From positions 17,946-81,945 of the forward strand of contig JBBQZK010000002.1 of assembly GCA_038207785.1 (NCBI GenBank): 64,000 nucleotides of DNA. The letters are read 5' to 3'. Position 1 is the first letter of the stretch. Each line of letters begins with the position of its first letter. The notes below the pieces were generated by a model. That model was given only the letters and a program-made list of their open reading frames with translations, searched no databases and was not told the DNA's origin. Positions 55,857 to 64,000 of this stretch are shown in pieces. The stretch is from Candidatus Limnocylindria bacterium. Lineage in GTDB: Bacteria > Chloroflexota > Limnocylindria > P2-11E. A program made the translations under genes and the position numbers.

Positions 55857-55948
55857 CCGCCCGTCATCGCGAGCACTGGCCTCAGGCAATCGCGATCTTG
55901 CTCCTCCGCCACCGCATCCATCCGACCATCGCCGAGCCGCGCCCCGCC

Positions 55949-57568
55949 CTAGAACCCCGGCTTCGCGACGTACATCGCGGCGAGCGTGAACTGGCCGAAC
56001 TCCCAGTCCGACGCCGTAAGCGCGTATCCACGGAGGCGCGGACTCACGAGGTAACGCACCTCGCTCGAGTAGAGGAACGCTACCGGCGCATCGCGGGTCA
56101 GCACGCGCTGGGCCTCCTTGTACAGATCGATCCGCTTCGCCGGATCGGGCTCGACATCCGCGCGCTCGGTGAGCGAATCGAACTCGACGCTCGCATAGCC
56201 GACGTGCGTGACGGTCGACCCGCGGTGAAAGATCGTCGACAGCCAGTCCTGGGGATCCGGGTAGTCCGAGCACCAGCCGAGCAGGAACAGCTGCGGGACC
56301 TGTTGGGGTGTTCTCACGAGCGGCCCGCTGAATCCGGGCGAGATCGGGTCCTCGGTCACCACGACGCTGAGATTGTCCTTCCATTGCGAGATCGCCCAGC
56401 GCACGCGAGCTGCTTGTTGGTTCGACGTACGCGCTGCATAGGTGAATCGCACGGCTGGCATCTCGCGGGCGTACCGCGAGACCGCGAGGAGCGCGCGTGC
56501 GGCGACCGGATCGAACGACTGGGTGCGATCCGCCGGATCGCTGCCCGGTACGCCGGGCGGCAGCAGGGACATCGCCGGTATGCCGGGAAGATCCAGCACG
56601 TCGCGGACGAAGGCGTTCCGATCCAGCGATCGAGCGAACGCGGTCCGCACGGCGATGTCATCGAACGGCGCCCTCTGGGTGTTGAAGCCGACGTAGAAGG
56701 TGCACGGGCCGGGCGCGGCGATCGCGTCGGCCTCGCGACCGGCTGGAGCCACGTCGAGCTCGCCGTTGCGGAAGGCCGCGGCGGCCACAGCCTGGTCGGG
56801 CACCAGCATCTTGGTCCAGCGCTTGATCTTCGCCGGGGCGCGATAGCGCTCGTTGCGCTCGAAGACGAGCCGCTCGTTGTGCTTCCACTGCGTCAGCTTG
56901 AAGGGCCCGTTGCCGATGAAGGTCGCGGGCTCCGTCCATGTGGCTCCGCCGGTCGCGACATCGAATGAGCGCACCGGGACGCCGACCCAGAGCGCGGCGA
57001 TCGCGAGGAAATACGGCGCGGGCCGCGTCAGCGTGAACAGGACGTGCATCTGGTCGGGTGCGGCGACCCCGACCGCACGCCGGGCGGCCGTCAGCGCCTC
57101 GAGCGTCGCCCGCTTCGGGTCCATTTGGTTCCATTCCCCGCAGCCGGTGATGACATATCCGACGAATGCGTAGTCGCCGGACACGTTCGGGTCACACAGG
57201 CGTTTCCAGCCATCGACGAAGTCGGCCCCGGTCACCGGAGCACCGTCGGAGTACAGGAGGCCATCCCTAAGCGTGAAGGTCACGGTGAGCCCGTCGTCCG
57301 AGACGACGGGGAGCGCACGGGCCGCCGCGGGGATCGGCTGGAGCGTCTTCGGGTCGAAGGTCAGGAGCGGCTCGAACACCATCATCGTGTGGGCGATCTC
57401 GCTCGGGAACGACTCCTTCTGCGGGTCGATGGTGTCGGGCTCGCCGGCCGCGACGGTCGTGATCTCACCGTTCGGGTCCGCTGGGTCCGGCGACGGGACC
57501 GGCGGCGGCGTCTCGAGGCACGCCGAAGCGAGCAGGCAGGCGACGAGCAGGAGTACGGCACCTCTCAC
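55949..57568 (-). CDS. ABC transporter substrate-binding lipoprotein, family 5 (peptide/nickel/opine type), orphan
   Basis: Lipoprotein signal (MRGAVLLLVACLLASAC), 539 aa, SBP_bac_5 pattern. I find no cognate permease or ATPase genes adjacent. Confidence 0.8.
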   Translation of the reverse strand: MRGAVLLLVACLLASACLETPPPVPSPDPADPNGEITTVAAGEPDTIDPQKESFPSEIAHTMMVFEPLLTFDPKTLQPIPAAARALPVVSDDGLTVTFTLRDGLLYSDGAPVTGADFVDGWKRLCDPNVSGDYAFVGYVITGCGEWNQMDPKRATLEALTAARRAVGVAAPDQMHVLFTLTRPAPYFLAIAALWVGVPVRSFDVATGGATWTEPATFIGNGPFKLTQWKHNERLVFERNERYRAPAKIKRWTKMLVPDQAVAAAAFRNGELDVAPAGREADAIAAPGPCTFYVGFNTQRAPFDDIAVRTAFARSLDRNAFVRDVLDLPGIPAMSLLPPGVPGSDPADRTQSFDPVAARALLAVSRYAREMPAVRFTYAARTSNQQAARVRWAISQWKDNLSVVVTEDPISPGFSGPLVRTPQQVPQLFLLGWCSDYPDPQDWLSTIFHRGSTVTHVGYASVEFDSLTERADVEPDPAKRIDLYKEAQRVLTRDAPVAFLYSSEVRYLVSPRLRGYALTASDWEFGQFTLAAMYVAKPGF

Positions 57569-57608
57569 ACTGGAACGTCGCGGCAGGAGGCGAAAGATCG
57601 CGGAACCG

Positions 57609-58118
57609 GTGCAACGACCCGAGCCCCGGCGCGACCTGTCCTTCAGTGAGCACGCTTTCGAGGACTGTTACCACCGGACCTTCGGTACGGTCTGGTCGAT
57701 CGCGCGCCGGGTCGCGCGCGACGATGGCGAGGCGGACGACGTCGTCCAGAAGGCCTACCTCGCGCTGTACCGCTACTGGGCCACGGGGCAGCTGCGCGAG
57801 CCGCCATCCCATCTCCTGTACCGGGTCGCCAAGCGCGGAGCGGTCGACCTCATCCGCTCGCGGCAGCGCGCGATCCGCCTCTTCGAGCGGCTTCCCCGCC
57901 CCGCGTCCGTCGACGACGTCACCGGGCCGCTCGATCGCGCGCTCCGCAGGCTTCGGCCCGACGATGCGGCGCTCGTGCTGATGCAGGCGGCCGGCGGGTT
58001 CAGCTACGAGGAGCTCGCCGCGATCGAGCGCACGAGCGTGGCCGCGATCCGCTCGCGGCTGTTCCGCGCGCGCCGAGAGCTCGCGCGACGCTACGACGAG
58101 GAGGGCGGCGAGTGGTGA
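57609..58118 (+). CDS. ECF-type RNA polymerase sigma factor
   Basis: GTG start (VQRPEPRRDLSFSEHAFEDCYHRTFGTVWSIARRVARDDGEADDVVQKAYLALYRYW...). Region 2 plus region 4 (FSYEELAAIERTSVAAIRSRLFRARREL). About 170 aa. Confidence 0.75.
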   Translation: MQRPEPRRDLSFSEHAFEDCYHRTFGTVWSIARRVARDDGEADDVVQKAYLALYRYWATGQLREPPSHLLYRVAKRGAVDLIRSRQRAIRLFERLPRPASVDDVTGPLDRALRRLRPDDAALVLMQAAGGFSYEELAAIERTSVAAIRSRLFRARRELARRYDEEGGEW

Positions 58119-58768
58119 GCGATCGCGAGGAGCAGCTCGCCGCCCGGCTGGGCGCCCCGCTCGGATCGGAGCGCGCCGCGGCGGACCGGAACTGGCGTGC
58201 GGTCCGGGCCGGTATCGAGACCGGAGTGCGTCCACGCTTGCGCCGGGTCCTGGAGACCGCGTCGACGCTGGCCCTCGCCGCTGTCGTCGTCCTCGCGGTC
58301 GGCTGGTGGCAGGGTGCGCGCGTGGACGTCGCGGGGGACCGGCTCCCCGTCCTGTATCAGCAAGAGGTCGCGCGGACGGCGATCGCAAGTTCGGGCATCG
58401 AGGCCAGCCTGGCGGTGCAGCAGAAGCACATCGAGAGCGGCACCCGGCTCCGGGTCGTGGGCGTCACCGACGTACGCCTTGCATCCGAGCGCCTCCCCGC
58501 GGTCATCGAGCTGCGCTTCTCGCGGCCGGGGGACGAGAGCTACGGCCTCCTCGCGCGTAGTGAGGTCATCGATCCGCGTCGCGCGACCGGCACGACCCGT
58601 ACGTTGTATGAAGCGCCGTTCCCGCCATCCACGGATCGCGCGCCATCCACGTACCGCGTGTGGCTGCACATCGAGACGGCGAATGGGACGGTGGAGTCAC
58701 CGGTCGTTGTCGTTCGCGTAACAGACCGGCCGGAAGGGCAACGGGCCGATGTCGCCGAGCTCCCCTAG
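58112..58768 (+). CDS. putative anti-sigma factor (single-pass membrane protein)
   Basis: Its start overlaps the ECF sigma stop (GTGA). One TM helix (TASTLALAAVVVLAVGWW) separates a short cytoplasmic N-terminus from an extracytoplasmic domain. Assignment is by context. Confidence 0.5.
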   Translation: MVSDREEQLAARLGAPLGSERAAADRNWRAVRAGIETGVRPRLRRVLETASTLALAAVVVLAVGWWQGARVDVAGDRLPVLYQQEVARTAIASSGIEASLAVQQKHIESGTRLRVVGVTDVRLASERLPAVIELRFSRPGDESYGLLARSEVIDPRRATGTTRTLYEAPFPPSTDRAPSTYRVWLHIETANGTVESPVVVVRVTDRPEGQRADVAELP

Positions 58769-58805
58769 GCACGGCCTTTGCTCGCCGTTGGACGGAGGGT
58801 CGGTG

Positions 58806-59222
58806 ATGAAGATCGCAGACCGAGCGGCAAAGGGCCTGCCCGAGCGCGTACTGGTCGTGGAAGACGACCCCGACACGCGTCGGATGCTCGTGGCGGTGAT
58901 CGCCGATGAAGGCTTTGAGCCGATCCCAGCCCTTGATGGCGAGCACGCGCTTCGCACGGCGATCGCGATCGAACCGTCAGCCATCGTGCTCGACCTCATG
59001 CTCCCGGGGACGGACGGCCAGGAGTTCGTGACCGCCTATCGTGCCCAGGGCGTCGCGGAGGCGCCCATCGTCGTCGTGAGCGCGCGACAGGATGCCCAGA
59101 GCGTGGCGCAGCAGATCGGCGCCCGCGCGGTCGTGCCCAAGCCGCTCGACATCAGTGAATTCGGTGCCCGCCTGCGTGCGACGATCGACGCGAGCCGTGA
59201 GGTCCGGGAGGTCCGGGACTAG
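58806..59222 (+). CDS. single-domain response regulator receiver
   Basis: MKIADRAAKGLPERVLVVEDDPDTRRML...AIVLDLMLPGTDG...IVVVSARQD...PKPL. GGAGGG RBS upstream. Confidence 0.75.
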   Translation: MKIADRAAKGLPERVLVVEDDPDTRRMLVAVIADEGFEPIPALDGEHALRTAIAIEPSAIVLDLMLPGTDGQEFVTAYRAQGVAEAPIVVVSARQDAQSVAQQIGARAVVPKPLDISEFGARLRATIDASREVREVRD

Positions 59223-60040
59223 ACCGCGAGCTCGGCCCCTTCTCGCGCCACGATCACCTCGAGGTCACCGCCGAGCGCATCGGCCGCGTGCTGCGCCTCG
59301 ACACCGATGCGATCGAGCGCGTCATCACTGCGGTCGGGGTCATGGTGGTACAGGACCAGGCGCTTCGCCCCGGCCCGCTTCGCCACATCGAGCGCGGTCG
59401 CGACCGTCGAATGACCCCAGCCGGGCTTGAAGTCCGCGTCCAGGTACTGGGCGTCGTGAATGAGGGCATCTGCGTTCTTCGCCAGCTCGACCACCGGATT
59501 CGCCTGGCCGCTGAACGGATCCTCGGTGTCGGTCGCGTAGACGATCGATCTCCCGTCCGCTTCGATGCGATACGCCAGCGCGGGCGCGGGATGGAAGATC
59601 GTTGTCGCGGTCAGCTGATAGGGACCGATCATCTGCCTCGAGCCGTTGCCAAGCTCGTGCACCTCGAGCTGGACCGGCAGGCCGTCGAGGTCGACCGGAA
59701 AGAAGGGATCGTCCATCCCTAAACCGAGCAGCTCTTTCAACGGGCGGTGCTGCATCGGGCCGTAGAGCCGGAGCGTGCTCTTGGGGTCGTACGCCGGCCG
59801 GAAGAACGGGATCCCCTGGATGTGATCCCAGTGGAGATGTGAGAGCAGCAGGTCGACGAGGAGCGGCGACATCCCATTCAGCGTGAGGCCGAGCTCGCGC
59901 AAGCCGGTGCCCGCGTCGAGAACGAGCAGGTGGCCCGAGGAATCGCGCACCTCGACGCAGGCGGTGTTGCCGCCGTACCGGACCGTGCGCGGGCCAGGCG
60001 TGGGGATCGAGCCCCGGGTACCCCAGAACCGGATGTTCAT
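59219..60040 (-). CDS. MBL-fold metallo-hydrolase (paralogue of the hydrolase domain of 46490..47806)
   Basis: MNIRFWGTRGSIPTPGPRTVRYGGNTACVEV...SHLHWDHIQGIPFF...HDAQY...GWGHST...LYHHDP has the same motif order as MRIRFWGVRGS...HTHADHIQGLPFF...HDCQY...GWGHST...LFHHDP. Convergent with, and 4 nt overlapping, the receiver gene. Confidence 0.75.
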   Translation of the reverse strand: MNIRFWGTRGSIPTPGPRTVRYGGNTACVEVRDSSGHLLVLDAGTGLRELGLTLNGMSPLLVDLLLSHLHWDHIQGIPFFRPAYDPKSTLRLYGPMQHRPLKELLGLGMDDPFFPVDLDGLPVQLEVHELGNGSRQMIGPYQLTATTIFHPAPALAYRIEADGRSIVYATDTEDPFSGQANPVVELAKNADALIHDAQYLDADFKPGWGHSTVATALDVAKRAGAKRLVLYHHDPDRSDDALDRIGVEAQHAADALGGDLEVIVAREGAELAV

Positions 60041-61320
60041 GCGGTCGCCGCGTCCCGGTCCCGCGCGGAGAGCCCGGTCGCTGCCTCGGAGAGGCTGCCC
60101 ATCCCCTCGTCGCCGGCCTTCGGCCAGGTGAACTCGAGGAGCTCCACGGTGCGTTCGAGCTCGGGCAAGGCCCGATGGAGCGCGGCCGTCACCTCCGGAT
60201 CGAGATGCGCGCCGGCCATGGCGTCCATGATCTCCATCGTCTTCTCGATCGAGTAGGCCGGCTTGTAGTAGCGCGGCGCGGTCAGGGCGTCGAAGACGTC
60301 GGCCGCCGCCACGATCCGCGCGCCGACGAGGATCTCGTCCCCCTTCAAGCCCTTGGGGTAGCCCGTGCCGTCCATGCGCTCATGGTGCTGCGCGGCGATC
60401 AGGGGCACCTCCCGCATGTCGGCCGGGAAATCGAGGTAGCTCAGGAACTCGGCGGTCTTCTCGGCATGGGCCTTCATGTACTCGAACTCGGCCTCGTCGA
60501 GCTTCCCGGCCTTTTGCAGGAACCGGTCGCGCACCGCGATCTTTCCGTAGTCGTGGAGCAGGGCCGCGGCGCGCAGGCGTTCGAGCTCGTCGTCGGAGAG
60601 TCCCATCTCGGCGCCGATGACCTCCGAGTACCGCGTCACCCGCTTGCTGTGACCCGCGGTCTGCTGGTCGCGTGCGTCGACCGTCGTGGCGAGCGTCTCG
60701 ATGAGCGAGAGCCAGAGACGCTTCTGGGCCCCAACGAGCTGCGCGTTCTCGACCGCGACCGCCGCCGACGATGCGAGCGAGCCGAGCGTCACCTCGTCGT
60801 CGTCGGTGAACGCGCCGGCCTTCTTGTTCACGGCCTGGAACACGCCGATCACCCCGCCATGCCCGGTCATCGCGACCGTCAGGAGGTTGCGGGTCTGGAA
60901 GCCCGTCCGCAGGTCGTTCTCCGGATTGAATCGCGCGTCCGCGTACGCGTCCGGGATGTTGATCGTCTCTCCGGTCTCGGCGACCGTTCCGGCTATGCCG
61001 ACGCCGATCGGGAACCGGATCTCCCCTACGCCCTTGCCCGTCGCGACGCGCGACCAGTACTCGTGCCGGCCCTGGTCGACGATATAGATGGTCGCCCGTT
61101 CGGCACCGACCATGGTCACCGTGGCCTCGGCGATCAGCCGGAGCAGGGCGTCGAGATCGGTGACGGTCATCAGCTGACGGGTGACGTCAAGCAGCGTGTC
61201 GAGGTCGCGGCGGCCGGCTCCGCGGCGGCGCTCCTCCGCCCGCCGGTCGGTGCTCCGGCGGTCGGGCCGCGGCGCGCTCCGGCGTTCGCCTGCCCGGCGC
61301 TCGAACGGCTGGCGGCTCAC
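60037..61320 (-). CDS. GAF-domain HD-GYP phosphohydrolase
   Basis: GAF segment (ATIYIVDQGRHEYWSRVATGKGVGEIRFPIGVGIAGTVAETGETINIPDAYADARF) followed by HD-GYP (LLHDYGKIAV...HHERMDGTGYPKGL). I propose a GTG start overlapping the upstream GAF gene's TGA (GTGA). The Arg-rich first ~45 aa may not be real; MTVTDLD at 61170 is an alternative start. Confidence 0.75.
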   Translation of the reverse strand: MSRQPFERRAGERRSAPRPDRRSTDRRAEERRRGAGRRDLDTLLDVTRQLMTVTDLDALLRLIAEATVTMVGAERATIYIVDQGRHEYWSRVATGKGVGEIRFPIGVGIAGTVAETGETINIPDAYADARFNPENDLRTGFQTRNLLTVAMTGHGGVIGVFQAVNKKAGAFTDDDEVTLGSLASSAAVAVENAQLVGAQKRLWLSLIETLATTVDARDQQTAGHSKRVTRYSEVIGAEMGLSDDELERLRAAALLHDYGKIAVRDRFLQKAGKLDEAEFEYMKAHAEKTAEFLSYLDFPADMREVPLIAAQHHERMDGTGYPKGLKGDEILVGARIVAAADVFDALTAPRYYKPAYSIEKTMEIMDAMAGAHLDPEVTAALHRALPELERTVELLEFTWPKAGDEGMGSLSEAATGLSARDRDAATA

Positions 61321-61817
61321 GAGTGCTGCTCGAGCGGGATCTGCGCGAGCACGGGGCTCACGCTTTCGGCGATCCGCTCGAGGAGCATCTGGTCGCGGCG
61401 CTCGAAGGGGCCGCTGCGCTTGTTCAGGACCTGCAGGACGCCGACGACGGTCCGCCCGGTCGCCTCCCACACCGGCACGACCAGCATGTTGAGCGTCCGG
61501 TAGCCGCTGCGGAGGTCCACGTTGCGGTCGAACCGCGGATCGGCGTACGCATCGGGCACGTTGACGGTCTCCCCGGTCTGCGCGACGGCGCCGGCGATGC
61601 CCGAGCCGAGCGGCAGCCGGATCTCCATCGCGGTGCGCGCCGCGACGCGGGACCAGAGCTCCTTGCGGGCCTGGTCGACGAAGTACACGGTGCAGCGTTC
61701 CGCGTCGGTGGCCTGCGCGCAGAGATCGATGAGGCCACGGAGGTACGCCTCGCGGTCGCGCTGCACCGCGAGGTGCGAGAGCTTCATCAATACGAAGGCG
61801 ACCTTGTCGTCGATCAT
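61317..61817 (-). CDS. stand-alone GAF-domain protein
   Basis: 166 aa (CTVYFVDQARKELWSRVAARTAMEIRLPLGSGIAGAVAQTGETVNVPDAYADPRF). Its ATG overlaps the cyclase stop (ATGA). Confidence 0.7.
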   Translation of the reverse strand: MIDDKVAFVLMKLSHLAVQRDREAYLRGLIDLCAQATDAERCTVYFVDQARKELWSRVAARTAMEIRLPLGSGIAGAVAQTGETVNVPDAYADPRFDRNVDLRSGYRTLNMLVVPVWEATGRTVVGVLQVLNKRSGPFERRDQMLLERIAESVSPVLAQIPLEQHS

Positions 61818-63829
61818 CTGTGGCTCAGTTGGGACCCGGCCACGGCGGCGGTGCCGATCCGGCGCTCCGGTGCGGGCGCGGGATTGGGGCTCTCGAGGGC
61901 ACCGATGCTGTTCACCTGATAGCAGCGGATCGCCCCGACCCGACCCTTCACCTCCACGTCGCCGAGATCGATCGCGATCACATCGGAGCCAAGCTCCGAG
62001 AGCGTCTCCGCGCTCACCACGATCTGATCGCGTCGGGCGATGTCACTGCTCGTGAGCCGTGATGCAACGTTCGCGGTATCGCCGATGACCGTGTATTCCA
62101 TGCGACCCATCGCACCGAGGAAGCCGGCCACGACGGCGCCGGTGTTGATGCCGAAGCCGAACGAGACATCAGGCCCGCCGGTGCCGCGCTCCCGGACGAT
62201 CCAGCGCTGGATCTCGAGCGCCGCCTGCACGGCCTTGCGGGCGTGGTCGGCGACCGGCACCGGGGCGCCCCAGATCACCATGATGTTGTCACCGTTGTAC
62301 TTGTTCACCGTCCCTTCATACCGGTTGACGATACCGACGATGCCAGCGAAATAACGGTTCAGCGTGTCAAGCAGTACGCCGGGCGTCATCCGTTCGCTCA
62401 TCGTGGTGAATCCGCGGATATCGCCGAACAGTACGGTGACGCGCTTCTCCTCGCCGCCGAGCGCGAGTTTCCCGCTCTCCTCGATGTCCATGATCGTCCG
62501 GGCGATCGACGGCGTGACGAACCGCCCGAACGTGGTCTGGGCGCGCAATACCGCGCGCTGCTCCTCGACGAGGAGGTACCCGAGCGCGACAACCCACCAG
62601 AACGACGCCGGCACGAGGTAGCCGAGCGACGCGACGGCGATCGGGCCGTCGCCGCTCGGGCCACGCGTGCCGGCGACGAAGAGCAGATACCGCGCCACGG
62701 AGTAGGCGCAGAGACCGAGGATCGCGGCGAAGAATCCGTAGAGGCGGAACCGCGCGACCAGCAGGATCCCGCCGAGCGTCACGACCAGCAGCTCGATGAG
62801 CGTGACGCCGAAGCTCTCGCGGGGCTGTGGGAACCGGTTGGTCAAGATCGACGCGGTCGTGTTCGCCCACATCTCAACTCCCCACATCTTCCGGGAGCCG
62901 CTGTTCGGCGTCGGATAGCTGTCGGGAACGCCGGCGAGCGAGTGCGCCCCGATGAGAACGGTCCGGTTCGCGATGAGGTCGCGCGGCACCGTGCCGGCGA
63001 CCACGTCCACAAGGGACACGACGCAGAACCGGCTTTGGTCAGCGCACGCTGGAGCGCCCGGCTCGCGCGCCGTCAGGTCGGATGCCGGCGGCGCGGCGTA
63101 GTAGATCCCCATCCGGCCGTTGGCGTCGATCGGCATGAGCCGGTCGACCAGCCCCTGCCGGCCGGGGAGTACGAGGGCATCGCCTGTCCGCGTGATCGAC
63201 GCCTCGGTCCCGGCGACGATCTTCGCCGAGACGAGCGCGCGCGCCGCCGCGACGAGCGGCAACGTGTAATACCGCCCGCTGGGGGTGTCGATGACGAGCT
63301 CGGCCTTTCGAACACGCCCATCACCATCCGGAAGCAGATTCACGGCGCCCACGCCCGCCGCCGCCTGCCGCAGCACCGTGACCGGCAGCTGCTCGGCGGT
63401 GTACCGGACCACGCCGTCGCCGTCGGTGTGCGTACCGGTCCCTTGCATCGAAAGGATCACGGTGCCGAAGTCTTTGATCGCGCCGGCGAGTGCCAGGTCC
63501 TCCCCGGGGGTCGGCGAGTCGTCGTAGAAACCGATGTCGAAAACGACCACCCGGGGAGCCAACGGCTTCAGGGCGGCGAGCAGGTCGACCCACGCCCGGC
63601 GCGGCAGCGGATAGCTCCCGTAGCGGGTCACCGCCGTGTCGTCGAGCGCGACGATCGTCACCTGGTTGGAAAGGGTCGCCGGCGAGTTCGTGATGAAGGT
63701 GTCGTAGGCCACGGCCTGCAAATTGGCGTCGAGCTGATTCGTGCGGAACGCGACGGCGCCAAGCGCGATGCCCACCGTGGCGATGGCGGCGAGGATGGCG
63801 CGCTGACGCGTCCGCCGGCCTGCGAGCAT
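61814..63829 (-). CDS. CHASE2-sensor membrane adenylate/guanylate cyclase (class III)
   Basis: 671 aa with an N-terminal signal/TM, a periplasmic CHASE2-like region, TM helices and a C-terminal CYCc (VTVLFGDIRGFTTMSERMTP...GDNIMVIWGAP...GFGINTGAVVAGFLG...YTVIGDTANVASRL). Confidence 0.85.
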   Translation of the reverse strand: MLAGRRTRQRAILAAIATVGIALGAVAFRTNQLDANLQAVAYDTFITNSPATLSNQVTIVALDDTAVTRYGSYPLPRRAWVDLLAALKPLAPRVVVFDIGFYDDSPTPGEDLALAGAIKDFGTVILSMQGTGTHTDGDGVVRYTAEQLPVTVLRQAAAGVGAVNLLPDGDGRVRKAELVIDTPSGRYYTLPLVAAARALVSAKIVAGTEASITRTGDALVLPGRQGLVDRLMPIDANGRMGIYYAAPPASDLTAREPGAPACADQSRFCVVSLVDVVAGTVPRDLIANRTVLIGAHSLAGVPDSYPTPNSGSRKMWGVEMWANTTASILTNRFPQPRESFGVTLIELLVVTLGGILLVARFRLYGFFAAILGLCAYSVARYLLFVAGTRGPSGDGPIAVASLGYLVPASFWWVVALGYLLVEEQRAVLRAQTTFGRFVTPSIARTIMDIEESGKLALGGEEKRVTVLFGDIRGFTTMSERMTPGVLLDTLNRYFAGIVGIVNRYEGTVNKYNGDNIMVIWGAPVPVADHARKAVQAALEIQRWIVRERGTGGPDVSFGFGINTGAVVAGFLGAMGRMEYTVIGDTANVASRLTSSDIARRDQIVVSAETLSELGSDVIAIDLGDVEVKGRVGAIRCYQVNSIGALESPNPAPAPERRIGTAAVAGSQLSHR

Positions 63830-63883
63830 CCTTCCCCCTTCGCCCCGAGCCTCACGGGAAGACGCAGGGGCCAGCGGTCATGC

Positions 63884-64000
63884 TAGCGGCTGGCCGCTCT
63901 CCGAAGGACGTCCCGCAGGACTTCAATGGCCCGTCCGTACTCCTCGAGCGACAGCCGTTCCATCGGCGTGTGGTCGTATCGCGCGTCGCCCGGCCCATAC
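63884..64000 (-). CDS. 3' end of an unidentified gene continuing beyond the window
   Basis: My minus-strand translation ends ...YDHTPMERLSLEEYGRAIEVLRDVLRRAASR then TAG. Protein-like, but too short to classify. Confidence 0.3.

Noticed and set aside
59219-60040. Annotating the MBL proteins as beta-lactamases or RNase Z
   Set aside because: Motifs show only the generic MBL fold. No beta-lactamase or RNase Z-specific elements are recognisable by eye, so the family assignment is left open.
1-64000. Searched for CRISPR arrays, IS elements or transposases, integrases, phage genes and rRNA
   Set aside because: No direct-repeat/spacer arrays, no transposase or integrase-like ORFs, and no rRNA-like sequence. 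The only tandem repeat is the 12-nt coding repeat at 29329-29380.

Overview
High-GC (about 70%) bacterial chromosomal window with an actinobacterial-type gene complement: fhaA-fhaB-rodA-pbpA, an F420-type LLM oxidoreductase, ECF sigma factors, clpP-clpX and tig. I support about 68 protein-coding genes, one tRNA-Leu and several cis-elements. I found no rRNA, CRISPR array, IS element or prophage.

Layout:
- 1-12.1 kb: one co-directional minus-strand operon of at least 14 genes for short/branched-chain acyl-CoA catabolism. It encodes a MerR regulator, thiolase, 3-hydroxybutyryl-CoA dehydrogenase, a VOC protein, three acyl-CoA dehydrogenases, EtfB and EtfA, a membrane Fe-S EtfD-like oxidoreductase, and a split B12-dependent acyl-CoA mutase whose catalytic subunit carries the Phe/Gln signature of isobutyryl-CoA mutase. 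Almost every junction is a 1-4 nt ATGA/GTGA overlap.
- 12-19.5 kb: housekeeping and miscellaneous genes (M20 amidohydrolase, HD-domain protein, group-3-like sigma factor, rpe, class-V aminotransferase, LLM oxidoreductase, epimerase).
- 19.4-29.6 kb: a YbaK deacylase, a transglutaminase-DUF58-MoxR triad, a division cluster fhaA-fhaB-rodA-pbpA that lacks pstP and pknA/pknB in this window, YihY, and an FmdB zinc-ribbon protein with a tandem SGEK repeat.
- 29.6-36.2 kb: a sugar ABC importer, a NUDIX hydrolase and valS. valS is preceded by what looks like a complete T-box riboswitch leader.
- 36.4-40.0 kb: a 1207-aa membrane sensor with four GAF domains, an HD-GYP domain and a GGDEF domain.
- 40.1-52.6 kb: cupin, clpX and clpP, then an 8.7-kb signalling island between clpPX and tig. 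The island holds a multi-GAF kinase, a CheY-like receiver, a receiver-MinD/ParA ATPase fusion, an MBL-fold hydrolase with a C-terminal receiver, a Tat-lipoprotein dienelactone hydrolase, and a convergent kinase-receiver pair.
- 52.6-64 kb: a frameshifted DinB-family gene, tRNA-Leu, an atypical OmpR-family regulator, an orphan family-5 solute-binding lipoprotein, an ECF sigma/anti-sigma pair, a second receiver plus MBL-hydrolase pair, and a CHASE2 adenylate cyclase-GAF-GAF/HD-GYP operon.

The candidate novel systems are the recurring receiver-MBL hydrolase modules, embedded with cAMP and c-di-GMP turnover genes, and the valS T-box leader.
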